From Antedon mediterranea (taxonomy: Eukaryota > Animalia > Echinodermata): 64,000 nt of DNA. Both the position numbers and the translations under genes were made by a program. How positions within the stretch are numbered: position 1 is the first letter of the stretch; every line of letters starts with the position of its first letter. The stretch lies in contig NC_092676.1 of the NCBI RefSeq assembly GCF_964355755.1, positions 19,548,871 through 19,612,870 on the forward strand, written 5' to 3'. The notes below the pieces were generated by a model that was not told where the DNA came from, did no database searches, and worked only from the letters and a program-made list of their open reading frames with translations. Shown in pieces: positions 1 to 12,886 of this stretch.

Positions 1-187
1 AGAATGAAAGGTCTTCGGCACGGCATAATGAGCTATTTTCGGTTTCATAAATTTCCGCATTTATTTCTGGACACGTGTTTTTAGCGTTGGTAAAAACAAA
101 ATACTTGTAAACTGTATCTCTTAAACACATGTATCCGGGATTACATAAATAGAAATTTGACTTTCAATATGTAACATAAACTTAGCC

Positions 188-212
188 TATATATATATAT
201 ATATATATATAT
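188..212. repeat. (TA)n microsatellite
   Basis: Uninterrupted TA run of about 12 units. Confidence 0.95.
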
Positions 213-814
213 CACGATATCATTTTCTATTTATCGATTTTTATATTCTATTTTGCTTGAATGGTGAATATATACATTCTAATCATGTTTTTATGCAGCT
301 CACACATTAATCAGATACCAAAGGGGGTGGGGCAGTGTACATGTACAGTCAAATACTGTTTGAAATAATAGACAAAAAAATAGATTGAAGATTAAAGAAG
401 ATCATTTAATATTTCTTTGATTTAATTCTTTTACGGTTGGGAAGCAAACAGTTCATTTGAAGTCAATATTTTCCCAAAATGTAATAGGAATAAATGTGTA
501 ATCTTATAATTTTGAATGGTAACTATTAGGTTAGTACCTATCCAGACCTTGATTATAATACACGGACATCTCTACCTCATAACAGTCACTCATTGTCGCA
601 AGATAAACATAGGCCAACATGTATTTTAACAGATGTGTTAGGTCGTTGAACGGCTTGAGTTTTTCAATTTCCGTGTACGGTTTAAAAAATAGGAACAGTC
701 TTATTATTTCCCACTACAGAAGTAAACCCAAGGTTACTTTATTATGATTTCATTTTCAATATAATTTCCTTGTGTCGATTATGTACAATCATTTTCAAGG
801 TACGGGTTATCGAA

Positions 815-1045
815 TCGAGTGGCGGTTATGGCAGAGAGCCGCAGACCGTAGCCATAGAATCGGCACAGGTTCAAGGCTCTTGTCGGATGAGAACTTTAAA
901 CTAACTGGAGAGTATGCTACACATCTGGCTTATGTGCACTTTAAACCAGTGGGTGTACTAGTCCGACCATCATCCTCATAAGAGGCACTGCACTGTGGCT
1001 ACCGTGGGTCCGAGAGGAACTAACTTCCTCAAGGGGGGAATAATA
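815..1045 (+). mobile_element. Decayed tRNA-derived SINE-like element
   Basis: GC-richer island with A-box-like TCGAGTGG and B-box-like GGTTCAAGGC. These are followed by TCGGATGAG..AAAC and GTGCACTTTAAA blocks resembling the SINE body at 13745-13940, then an AATAAT tail. Boundaries approximate. Confidence 0.35.
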
Positions 1046-1116
1046 ATTGTTTTTAAACTAACGGGCAAATATTGGTAAATCGTCCTTTTATGATACAGTC
1101 AGTTGCATGGGCCGGT

Positions 1117-1271
1117 CAGTGACGTAACGGCTATGAGCGCTCGCTGGTTAAACCCAGGGGCCTATGCAGTGCCCAGGCATTAAAATAGGCCTATGTCGAA
1201 AAAAAGGGGGGGGGGCGGGGTCACTTAGTGTTCCTAACCCAGGGGCCTCGGGCCTCTCCGTTTCGCCACTG
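1117..1271. mobile_element. hAT-type MITE (155 bp)
   Basis: Terminal inverted repeats CAGTGACGTAACGG / CCGTTTCGCCACTG. The flanks GGGCCGGT and GGGCCTGT match at 7/8 positions, consistent with the 8-bp TSD typical of hAT. Confidence 0.75.
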
Positions 1272-2102
1272 GGGCCTGTATAGATAATATCTATCAAACG
1301 CTTGGGCAGAATTTAAGATAACAGTCCGCGATCGAACCAAAATATCTAGACGCGTTACGTGTCCGACATGAATTAAATTGTGCTGACGCAAATGCGTTCG
1401 ATGATGTGCCTCTGTTGACGTACTGTATCACAGATAATTATGCCCTGTGAACACAATAACAATACTGTAGTATATTGTATATGCATCGTCGGGAAATATA
1501 AGTCTACGCGCGACGCCAATTCAATAGCGATGGGGTTATCCGGGTGGCAACCCATTGCTAAATACGGTATGAACACCGTCCGGTCTAAACTATATTACGT
1601 CAATTCACGACAATCCAACTTCAATATATCTACCTTTGATTGTCTACTTATCCTTCTGTACTATAGGTTGTTCACCCGGCCTTAATAATCCCGTTCACTT
1701 TTCCACGAATAGGGATATTTTTAATGAAAAAACTGACCGCTAATCCAGGGAGTCGTTGACCTTTGTATATTTCCCCAAAATTCTAAAACTATTTATTTTC
1801 GGAAATCATAAAGAATTTGTGGTACGTTTTTAGTTTTTCTATTTCTCTGTAGAACGGACTGTCAATATCAGAAAAATAATTCTTTATAATCTATGATTTA
1901 AATTGTTGTATGTAGACTGTTTTGAACCGTATTGTGGTTCTTTTAATGTGTTTCCTGTGGTTATACCCATCTCGTACCATACTAATTCAATCAAACAAAA
2001 TACTGACATTGAGTAGACCTACTTTAATACCGGTCAAAACATGAAGGCCTATCCGCCAAGTTCTTGGTTTCCTAATGTAGGCCTGAGTTGTTTTAATTTT
2101 AG

Positions 2103-2581
2103 GAAGACAGAAATGTAAGAAAAATATCACCGATAATAATTGATAATGACGATCTCTACAAAATTACTGGCTGTCAACCGCTAGAAGAATATGTCTACAA
2201 GCAACAATTCAACTGGATCGGACATGTAATTAGAAAAGAAAATGAAGATCCTACAAAAATTCTTACTTTTCACATAACACAAAGTAAACGAAGAGGTCGG
2301 AAGATACCATCAGTACTTGATAGAGTTGTACAACAAAGTCAACTTACTAGATGCAACTTCATTAGAGCCTGCTTCAACAGAAATTTATAATTCCCAGCAA
2401 TGTTTTAACTGTATATATGAACTGTTTTATAAGTTGTTTTGTGACTGTGTAATTTGGTAGTAGTCACTCTCATACTGTAGGCCTACATTTAAAAGTAACA
2501 CATCCAAATGCCAACTTCAAGTCAATGGCTACCAGATGTCTCTGTGAGACGGTTATTTGAACCAGTACCAGTACCAGTACC
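2103..2581 (+). mobile_element. 5'-truncated RTE-clade LINE (ORF C-terminus, 3'UTR and tandem tail)
   Basis: Open frame 2103-2390 reads ...IDNDDLYKITGCQPLEEYVYKQQFNWIGHVIRKENEDPTKILTFHITQSKRRGRKIPSV...*, matching the RTE C-terminal pattern (N..LY, W.GHV.R, R.RGR). The element ends in (ACCAGT)3 at ~2561-2581, the short-repeat tail typical of RTEs. Confidence 0.75.
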
Positions 2582-2638
2582 GAGTCTATTCTTTTAATCC
2601 CACGTTCACCACGGAAATGGGTGACTTCCAACTAGTTC

Positions 2639-2768
2639 CAGTGGCGGATCCAGGATTTTAAAATAGGGTGGGGTCAGGGCCAACAAAATAATGTAATGGT
2701 GAAATTTGAAAATCGTTTGCAGTGTACTTTTTGAAATTGTATAGGTGGGCCCGCCGGCTCCGCCTATG
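2639..2768. mobile_element. Short non-autonomous DNA transposon related to the element at 26905-28213
   Basis: Left end CAGTGGCGGATCCAGGATTTTAAAATAGGG is near-identical to the 26905 end. The right end CTCCGCCTATG is a degenerate inverted terminus. Confidence 0.6.
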
Positions 2769-3953
2769 AGTGAAGTCTACAAGATACAGTATACAAATCC
2801 ATTTGTGCGTTTTTTATTTCATCAACTTAATTCATACGTAACTGTTTCTCTAATAATATCGTTTCATATCCACGTAATTTCTTCTTTCCGCATGTGGATA
2901 GGGAGTCCGGCTTATCATCCAAAGTAGAAGGTTTGCAAGATTAGCCCTCACTACGTGTTTCGTAAGCCAAAGCTCCATATCCATATGGTACCAAATTTAC
3001 TACATGGGCCTTGGTCTCAGATTCACCACATGGGCCTATATTCGATTCGCTGTGCGACAGTACAATTTATTTTAATACGATCAAGATAAATACAAAACAA
3101 TAATGTGAGTTGCAAATAAAACCGTAAATATTAGGTAACCACAAGAAAACAATTGTTCTTGTCTTGTTAGACCTTGTGTTTGTATGTCGTAAGAATGAAA
3201 CACATAATAGTAAATATTATTTTGTAACAGAATAAAACAATTTACATCAAAACAATGAAACAATAAATTACTGCTTTTAAGATGAATTGCTATAACACAA
3301 AATAAAGTGGGGTTTAAATAATTTGCGAAAATAAGTATGTGAATGACATGTTAGTTTATCTCAATATCATCGATAAAATAAATTACAAACAGTTTTGTAA
3401 CTATATTTAATTTATGTTACTGTTGAAATCTCTTAATTCGTAATGACAAGTAACGTACATTGACTGATGCCTAAAATTGGACCCTTAATGTCACGTATTC
3501 CCTTGAGTTAACATGGAGCCACTACGATATCGAATATAATGTAATGTATTAAACAGTGTGTTATTTATTAGCCCTATTCATATAACCGTATCTCTCAAAT
3601 CCCAATCTCAAAGGAAAAGGGTGCTTAATATAATATATAATTAATAACATTTATTAGGTAATTTTTATGTTGTTGATGTTTTGTTTTATCACTGTACCCC
3701 AATGTCGCCCACCCAATCCCATGGGAAATACGCCTTGCACTAACAGGGCAACAGCACCGTAACAAGCGTTCATACACCCACAGTGACATTCTGAACTTGT
3801 CACTTATGATCACCATTTTTTCATCGCAACATTGTCGTGTTCATCGTATCCTGTGTTTTGTACCCATTCTTCAGATCGGTGTCTGGCATGTTTCCTCTCC
3901 CCGATTATATTTTGAGTTCGTTTGATTACAAAGACCCTCTTAACCCCTCTTTC

Positions 3954-4345
3954 TTTTGCACATATATTATAAGAGGCAATATTCAAGGCTTTGAATGGTC
4001 ATGCGATCCGCCCTCTCGAAATTATACCATCATTAAAACCCTTCCCATTGTTTTTAAATCATTTCTTAATACCAAACAAATCTGTATTTAATTTGAGATA
4101 TTCCAGCCAAAATGTTTTCGCTAGCGTTTTGTTAATTTACTTTGTATCTTTATTTTGCACATACAGTATAAGAGGCAATGTTCAAGACTTCGAATGGTCA
4201 TGCGGTTCTCCCTCTCGAAATTATACCCAAAACCCTCCCATTATTTTTTTTTAAATTATTTCTTAATACCAGCCAAATCTGTATTTAATTTAAGATATTC
4301 CAACCACAATTGTTTCTCCAGCGTTTTTTTTTATTTTCTTTGTAT
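3954..4345. repeat. Tandem duplication, two ~200-bp units
   Basis: TTTTGCACATA..TATAAGAGGCAAT.TTCAAG..TT.GAATGGTCATGCG..CCCTCTCGAAATTATACC...TTCTTAATACCA..CAAATCTGTATTTAATTT.AGATATTCCA occurs at ~3954 and ~4153. Confidence 0.9.
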
Positions 4346-5006
4346 GTTCCTAACAATGTTCTTTTAACATGCGGAATATGTATTCATGTAATTTTTAATG
4401 CCACAGGAAAGTAAATTGCATATTCGTTTTTACTCTATATATGGCAACAATGCATCTTTCAAACAATGCCTACTTGAAGATAAACCCTTATTTTGTGAAT
4501 TACTTTGTGTCTCGCCAATTGAGTGGGTGTGTAGGCTATATTTAATTTCACACAGAAAATAACTTCATTCATACGTTTATTTGTATTGATATATTTTTAC
4601 GACTAGTGACGTAAATTTGTCTATTCTCTGTTAGAAATTTAAAGAAATACAAATCTATTTTTACAACAGTTTATGTCCCAATGACGTTATATGTTGTAAA
4701 GGTTTTCTTTATTATGCGTATGCCCTGGCCTTATAACAGTAATAAATAGAAATTTGTAATGCACACGTTTACACAAAGGGTGCTTAAGCCACTTTTTGGT
4801 GTCAACATAAAAAGAACCGATTTTAAATATTATTGTTGTAAAACCCCAATTGATTCCGGTCTAGATTTTAAAATACAGGTTTTTAAAATGGTTTACGTGG
4901 AGCACATTTTAGCTGCAACGCAATCTTTGTTTTTGTATATAAACTGTTTCCGAAGACACCCATCATGTTGGTGTTTTTCAATAGAAACAGTGTCAACGTC
5001 CTTAAC

Positions 5007-5139
5007 CTCTGTCTACACTATCAAACTTGATGTGACACAAAAATGTGATGTGACCATTATGGACACGATGATGTCATATCACTAACATATTTGGGAACAT
5101 CACTACCATTTTTTTGTCAAACTAATTTGATATAGTGTA
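5007..5139 (+). mobile_element. MITE family A copy (TIR CTCTGTCTACACTATCAAAC)
   Basis: Same TIR and internal TGTGATGTG.CCAT.ATGGACA.GATGATGTCATATCACTA core as the intact copy at 58705-58863. The right TIR is degraded. Confidence 0.85.
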
Positions 5140-5180
5140 AAAAATAAAAACACAGATTCAACCAATTCATTAACTTATAT

Positions 5181-5366
5181 TTGAAGACCAGCATATGTTC
5201 ATATTTACCTAGCCATTTCTCGGTATACTGCATGTAAAATTATGTAATACAGTGTAATTGTCACATGTTATGTCTGTGTATTATGGTTAGGCCATTAAAA
5301 AAAACTATATTAACAATAACAGTGAAGTAATCGGCTAGGTAAATATGAACATTTGCTGGTCTTCAA
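5181..5366. repeat. 34-bp inverted repeat (probable MITE)
   Basis: TTGAAGACCAGCATATGTTCATATTTACCTAGCC (5181-5214) and its reverse complement at 5333-5366 differ at one position, with a 118-bp spacer. Confidence 0.8.
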
Positions 5367-6161
5367 TAATGAAATGGATTGATATTAGCTGTGTGGAGAT
5401 ACACCGTACAGAGAATCGGGTGCTTTACCCCCAGTATGATGGCTAGGGGAACAATGACCTTCAAACAGGTTATTTCAACGCACACTTTTCAACATAAATT
5501 GTGTCAACTTGGCCTGATATGGGTAACAGTTGTAAACTGTTATCTAAACCATCGTTTATATTCACTGCCAAGATGGATTAGCATGATGTGTTCACAAATT
5601 ATTAATTAGTAATTGGCGAGCTTGTTGAGCAATTCCTAGATTATTTTGACACTTAAAAAGCGAACAAATTGATTTGATTATAGCTGTGTATTGCCGTCTG
5701 TGGTTGTAAATTTAGTGTTATGTTTTTTGTGTAGTTTTATATGTCGTGTTCATGAAGGTTGAACTGGAGGAAATGGTTAAACAAGATTTATTTGTCATAT
5801 ACCCACATTGGCTATAAATGTACTAAATATCATTACCATATTTTTATTATATTATGCTGTTGTGTTGAGCTACGACGTGATTTACCGTACTTTATATCGT
5901 AAATTTAAAAAAAAAATGGAATGGTATCCGCCCAATTCATTTCATCTATTTTTCTTAATATGTTCACACATTAAATAGAACTTAGTAACAATAAACGCAA
6001 CAACCACAACCAGATAATTGGTGGTGGGTGTGGAGAAGGGTTTGGTTTATGTGCTCCGCCGTCTGTTGATTAAATGTATTTAATATTCAATGGATCTTGT
6101 AACAAGTTGTATAATCTCTGTGACAAATAACTCGAGGTGGAACCCCATAGCTCGTGCCAGT

Positions 6162-6285
6162 CAGTGACGTAACGCAGGTCCCCTAGAGTCCTAAGGGACC
6201 CTCCAATGCTGAGTAGTTGCCCTGGGGCCCATTAAGCTCTGGGCTTAACCAATGAGCGCTTATACATATATCCCTTACACAACTG
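6162..6285. mobile_element. hAT-type MITE, inverted diverged relative of 1117-1271
   Basis: Starts CAGTGACGTAACG. It contains TTAACCAATGAGCGCTTATA, a near reverse complement of TATGAGCGCTCGCTGGTTAA in the first copy. The flanks GTGCCAGT and GTGTCAGT match at 7/8 (TSD). Confidence 0.7.
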
Positions 6286-7017
6286 GTGTCAGTTTGTGCA
6301 AGAGTGACGTAGACGTAGCGACTTCTTCACTTTTATCGGATACGTTTTTTGGTGGCGGATGAACCTCTGCGACGCGTAACTATGATCTTGTACGTAGTGA
6401 CACACGGTCGGGTCCTGTGCAATTTACCCGATGACACGTTTTGCTTTGAACCTGTGACTGTGGTTAGCCAAGTTGGTAAGGGTTAAAAGGCTGTTACCTT
6501 GACTCTTGCACCATTCCCAATTTAGGATATCAGATAATTGGCTGGCAACCTTACGCGACTAAAGCCAAACAATGTTAGGTGCGTGTGTCACTCTTCCGAA
6601 GGAAACGAAATTCCCATAATCACCGGCTATGTTTACCTAAATATAATCATTAGCACATTTATTTTACAGTTGTTTTGCCAAACTACTATCTTACTTTATC
6701 ACTTGTAAATCACTGAAACATTAACAACAAATTGAGGCTGGAAAGAGATTAAAAAAAAAAAAGATTTATACTTTGAAAGGAAGACCTGAAATCGCTCAAT
6801 GAACATAATTTGTTAAACATGGGAAAGAATCACTTGACTCAATCAAAAGCATTATAGTTTAAGTAAAGTTTGTTTTCTATTATTCGTTATGTTTTGTTTG
6901 TTAATAGTTTTCTGTTTTTCAACTGGCGTTACTTTTTGAGTTTTGCCCTCTTCCTTCATTTTACAATTTATATTGGATATTTGTTGTTTTTTTACTGCGG
7001 AAGAAAATAAAGGTTAA

Positions 7018-7018
<1 letters not shown>

Positions 7019-7066
<48 letters not shown>
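7019..7066. repeat. (GATT)n microsatellite
   Basis: About 12 perfect tetranucleotide units. Confidence 0.95.
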
Positions 7067-9355
7067 CATATATGTTCATAACATATAATTATAATCATTT
7101 CATTTGGATCCTAATATTATAGAAGAGACATTTTTCTTTTTTGTTGATCCAATAGATTGAAGTACTAAATATGGTACAACAATTAAAAAAAAAACTATTC
7201 TATAATTGTTCATAATTATAATTGTGTGTGGAATTATTGTCATTTCCGATGATGATTAAATAAAGCTCGAATCAAGACTTCCCTCACGTAGGTTTTTTAA
7301 GTTTAGTAGGTTTTAAATGTTATGCGAAGTTATATTTTTATTTTAGTTATTTCCAAACGCACATTAATTGTTGCTCTTCTTAGTACCGTACAGGACTAGG
7401 CCTGTTTTATTTTTTTAAATATAGTACATCTATTCTAGTAGGTAGCAGCTCTTCGTAAAATGTGTTATTCTAAAAGTAACTGTTTTCTATCTATTCTAAC
7501 TGTTTAGTTCAATTTAAGTTTGTCCAATTTCGATAATTTCGGATATATAGGATGGAACTTCACGTTTGTCATCCGACAAGTTAGTAAAAAAACGCGTTGG
7601 AGAAAAAGTCGGTCGAATATCATTTGGACTCACTAACGTGTTCATGTATGTAAAGTACGGATAAAACATTTCAACCGCTTTACTTTAGAATGAATGTAAT
7701 CACGCCGTGTTTACAACCGACGAAGTTGACCCGAACTAATTTCAACGTTTTTTCTCGTCTGCTGGGAATTGTCTAAGCTAAGTAAGTTCTTTATCTGGTA
7801 TCGACACACAAAATACTGCTTCTGTCCACGGCTTGGATTTACCCAATTTATTTAAACATTCGTCGTTGAGGTTTTCTTCGTTTTGTTGCTTTACAGTTGA
7901 CATATTGCTTTGTTTTATTGAATTCATTTTTTAATTGTATGCGTCGCGCTCTTTATGTAGGACGGTTGATAGATATCCAAACAAAGTGTTGTCCGCATGC
8001 CTTCAAGGCCTGTCGTACAGAAAAACCACCATCGCTAATTTGGTAACGAAAATATATATAACTTTAAAATAATTGAGGTTATTGACTGTTAGGCCTACTT
8101 TTTTTTTCTTTTTTTTGCGCCGCTCCTTTAAACAGTTATATTCAAGAGAACGCACGCATTACGAAAACATTACCATGCGGTAGCTTATAGTTTATTGCGG
8201 CAGAAAATGGGTATTTGAAAACTCGGATTGGGCATGCGCACATCCCAAGGCACGTCTGGGAAAAGAGAGTCTATGAAAACATTTGCTGATCATGATATGA
8301 TAAATCATGCACCAAATTGAACCACTTTTAGCCTCACAAAGCCCGCCGAACACCAGACGGACAACCATTAAAAACTCGTTAAGAAATTGTCCAGTTTTTG
8401 GCGACATTCCGGAAAATTCGAGTTTCGTAAACGCACGTAAAACATCCCAAACTTATTTAAGATGTCTAAATTTTAAAAAGCAATTAATTTAAATGAATTT
8501 TATCATAAAATATAACAACAGAAGAAAAAAAACGGGATAACTATGGGATTAAACAAAAATAGGCCTAGGCCTATATGAAGATAATTTGTTGTATTGTACC
8601 GGTATTGATCATGATATAATTGAAAATAGGCTAATAAAATGGTGGGTTCACGCCACAAAGGACGAGGTGCTTCATTCCAAATTGGTGGCTTACCACCAAA
8701 GAGTTCCATGTTTTAAATCTTAAAATAATTTTATTATACAAATTCATCTTGCAATTTGTCATTGTCAAGGCAGGCCTAATCACAATAATCATCATCATGA
8801 CATCATCGTCATCATCAATGTTCGCAGAACAACAAATGTTTGAAACTCGCGTGACCAACAAGTCTGTCCATCTACGTCAGTGCCTAAATTTGGTATATAG
8901 GCCTACGCTTATAGGCCTACCTTTTTTTCAAAGATACCGTAAATATCGTAGATTTCCGATGTTTTTACAAATTCGGTGCATTGTGTGTGGTGTGACCTAC
9001 TTAACAACCCGGGCACAAAGACCAAACATCTCTATTTCGTCTGGAGACGACATGGTCGTCCTCCAGGACATTTGAACACTTATGTTTTTGGTTAAAATTA
9101 ATTTTGGCGACGAAAAAAGCCTTTCAAAAAGTAAAAATAACTGTTTTTTGTTCTATTTTGTTTTTCTTCGGGGTATTCCACACAGACAATTTTAATTTGT
9201 GTAAGACGCCAACTTAGTTTTCGTTCAAATATATATTAGTTAATAATTATGTCATTAGATATCCAAATATGGTGATGTTTGGGAAATATTGAAGCAGATG
9301 AAGTAACAAAGATGTAATGCGTATGTAACATGATCATGCTTTGATCTCCTAAATG

Positions 9356-9620
9356 TTTTTTTATTTTTATTTTTATTTTATTCAATTGAAACCAACAGTG
9401 ATAATTACCGCCACTAACAGGTTTTGATACAAACAAAGCCAGAACTGTTTAAAGCACCTTAATTGGTCCTAACATTGATCAAGGGCTTCTCTCGTCCAGT
9501 GCCCGCCTTCACCAGAGGAAAGGCAGATACTAGATGCAGGGGCTGCCATAAGAGGCAGCAATGCTGATTTCAAATGCCTAACGGGACTCCAGCTCTATAT
9601 ACAGCACCCGGTATTCCCAG
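9356..9620 (-). mobile_element. 5S rRNA-derived SINE (SINE3-like), 5'-truncated
   Basis: The minus strand begins CTGGGAATACCGGGTGCTGTA (9620-9600), identical to the 3' part of animal 5S rRNA. It continues through a ~220-bp body into an AATAAAATAAAAATAAAAATAAAAAAA tail. Confidence 0.65.
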
Positions 9621-9635
9621 ATTGTCCGTAAACAC

Positions 9636-9865
9636 AATTGACCCCAATTTTTTTTTCTAACTCCTCTCGTCAAGACTAAACGATTAATCCCAATTATGTT
9701 ATAATATAAGACCAAACGATTGACTTCCACTTTTTGATCTTCTTAAGACACGATTGCTCAATAAGACCAAAACATTAATCCCTGTTTATCTCCTCCTCAA
9801 AGACAATTAGAAGACCCATCTTTTCATATCTCCTGTGTAAGACAAAACTATTGATCCCTATTTTC
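9636..9865. repeat. Degenerate tandem repeat, ~35-45-bp unit
   Basis: AAGAC.AAAC.ATT(G/A)ATCCC..TTT..TCT recurs about 5 times. Confidence 0.55.
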
Positions 9866-11220
9866 AATCATTAAATGCAGATTATGAAATAACTTTGAAG
9901 TCGTCAATCATGAATGTCGACGCCGTCCTCTCTCTGGGACCCGTCCTCAACGGTGTCCAGTACGCCTACACATCATATGCACTAAAAGATCCCTGTGCGT
10001 CGTTCGTATGAGATAAACAAATTCAATATTATAGTCAATGTTATAGTAGTTATTAATGATTTGGACTGCTTTCCCTATCAGAATTCACCGACACCCAATT
10101 CAATGTAGATTAGTTTGAGCTGCAAAAAAGATTATCAATAGGGATTATCAAATGAGATTGTCAAACCACGAACACCAGAATGGAAATCGTGTTCATCGTA
10201 ATCGGCAGAAACCCGTTTTCCATCCATGCAGACCAATACACGAAGCGTTCGTTCTAGTTCCAATATTGTATTACATAAGCCCTAATGAAGATTTCGTTTC
10301 CATACTTTTTTCCATATTATTTTTTTTTTTCGGAAAAGCTAATATAAATTGCCTATAATTAACAACCGAAAAGAAGGACGGCATTATATTAATATTGTGT
10401 GCATAAGAGACTCAAGGAATACCGACATTTCTTGGAAGTTTTCTATATTTTAAACTTTTCTTTGTATAAAAATATAAATTACTCTAACTGTGTGAACATG
10501 TTAGTATAAACGGAGAGAAGCTAATATGAAATGATAAAGACAGTTTTCAAGAGTTAAAAATCGTCCCACTGACACCCCCATTCAGAATAGGCTACTGCTT
10601 GATTGTTTATAAATTGATTTCGTAGGCGTAAATTTTTTCTCAACATGAATTAAAATTGATTTATAACAGGAATACTGACAGGATTGTCCAAACACTTCCT
10701 TTACTGATGCCCTATTTATTATATTGTGTTTATTTGATATAGGCCTTCTACTAGGCCTATGGTAGACTACACGTATGAAAATATCGATTCGGAACAATCA
10801 GCATATGAGCCTGTTTAGATTGATTTTGGCCGTCCTTCAACTTAGCCGCATGCTGGTGACGTAGGATGAGACATCAAAATTTGAGTTATAGTTTCGGTTT
10901 TAAACAACCTGCTTGGGAGAGATACCAAAATTAAGTGTTCTCGCCTCCTTTAATAAACGCGAAATTTATACTGTTATTAATACTCTCTGATATGTCATCA
11001 AGTAAAAGCAAATAGACACAGAAATACAGTCATTGAATATAATAATACGTAACATTATCTTCACTTCATCAAACTGCCTTGTAAACTAACGCAATTCAAA
11101 CCGTTATCAATCCGGTATTTGATTTAATAGTACTGTATACACAATTTTTGTACATTTTGTTTCACTCAAACGTTGTTTTAGTCAGTTAGCAGATATGCTA
11201 TTTCGGGGCCTTTGTTTCCA

Positions 11221-11410
11221 ATGGCTACGTCAGCTGACCAATCAGAGTAGTTTTTTATGTTGACTTTTACTTTTGCGCCAATCACAAGAGACGTTTAATT
11301 AGGTCAAGGGGAACGAACTTTCACCACACAAGTGAGCGAGCTTGATTGTTCGACGTTGAGCGCATGTTTACGAACGATATATAGGCAGTCTAGTCGAGAG
11401 CGTTCATAGG
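11221..11410 (+). promoter_or_regulatory. RNA polymerase II promoter (two CCAAT boxes, RORE-like site, TATA-like box, Inr)
   Basis: CCAAT at 11238 and 11278 (40 bp apart), CRE-like TACGTCA at 11226, TAATTAGGTCA at 11296-11306, TATATAGG at 11378 and Inr-like TTCATA with A at 11406. The region is CpG-rich and is followed by a GTAAGT donor. Confidence 0.6.
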
Positions 11411-11488
11411 AAAGTATCTTCTCTGGCCTCAAACACATTTGCTCGGTGGATATAAAGCTTGTTTATTTAACAATTTGGAAAATAACAC
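11406..11488 (+). other. Putative non-coding first exon
   Basis: ATG-free 83-nt segment between the Inr and the donor AC|GTAAGT (11489-11494). Confidence 0.5.
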
Positions 11489-12886
11489 GTAAGTATTTCA
11501 GAATTTTAATACAAAAACGTTTTCAGCTGTTAGCAATTGCGAAGATATCGTTTCTATAAAATAACCCAGGCCGGTATGTTTACCATGCTGCCTCGATCGA
11601 TTGGCACTTGCTCAGTCGAGTCTATCGTCTGATGCGGTGTGTTTCGCTGGTGGTAGTATTTGCGGTTGGATATTTTGTGCAATATCCTTGGTGTTATTAT
11701 ATATATCAGAATCTTAAAGGTTATCTATTTAAAATACATTTCGTTTTAGGTTTTCTTTTGATTACTTAAATTAATTCGTAACTCAGGTTAGATGAATAAA
11801 AAATAGACACACTTTGCCTGGTGTGTGCACCATCCATCATGCTTTTCAAATTTAAATGGGAAATCCCCTAATACATGGTTGGCGCGGCACCGTTTGTTCC
11901 TCGCGTTCTTTATAATTCAATGCTCGATATTTATACATAATATATACATATTTTGTACAGTTTTATTAAAATTATGTTTCTTAATCAATATGGCCATATA
12001 TATTTTATTGCTTCTTCATGTAAAAACGAGGGCAGGTTAATGAACCCAACTTAAAGTAGGTCTAGTTTATTTACAATTAATAAGTCAATGATTATAAAGG
12101 TAAATTAAATATATTGGAGTAAGTTCATTGTAAACAAAGATTGCTATTAGATGAGCAGGTAGATCAAACATAAACCCAGTAATATTAAATTGTATGATGG
12201 TTTATACTCTGTTTTAGTATTTTTTAATGTAATGCATACAGCACCACATATCCAGTATATTGTAATATATATCAGCACCTCCTACACTGTATACAGTACT
12301 GTAATGAATAATACCACAATAGAAAACATAACCTGTATTAATAGTATTAATATCAATGAAAATACAGCAATATATTTTTATTTCTTTTTTTTTTTAGACA
12401 AAGAAATAACACAACATTTAAAAAAATAAGCCTTTGTTATATTGCTTCCTAAATTGTGCAGGCATCATTTCTTCTATGATAAAAAAAAAGATGACAATGT
12501 CAGTTCATTGACATGCATTTATGTAGACATACAAGTTTATTTATTTAAGTTTATTATTTATACTGTATTATATTTAAACAAAATAAACAATGGTAAAGAT
12601 ATGATATAAAGAGGTTACAATTGAATTTGTTTGATAGCCTTGGATTAAATGAAACATTAACATTAATGTTGCAGAAGATCCTCTGTACCAGGATACATTG
12701 AGCACAGATGGATGAATGTCGTTTGTTTTAATTGACTGATTGATTGAAAATAATGAGTCAACTTTTAGAACCTTCTATTTTATCCAAGAACATGTATAAA
12801 CAGATTTTTAAATAGTGTATTAATTTGACAGCATTGGTCCTCTCATTTCGGGTAGTGTTAGCATCCAAGAGGATGTTCCTTGCACT

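Noticed and set aside
9600-9620. 5S rRNA gene
   Set aside because: Only the 3' 21 nt are present and the internal promoter is missing.
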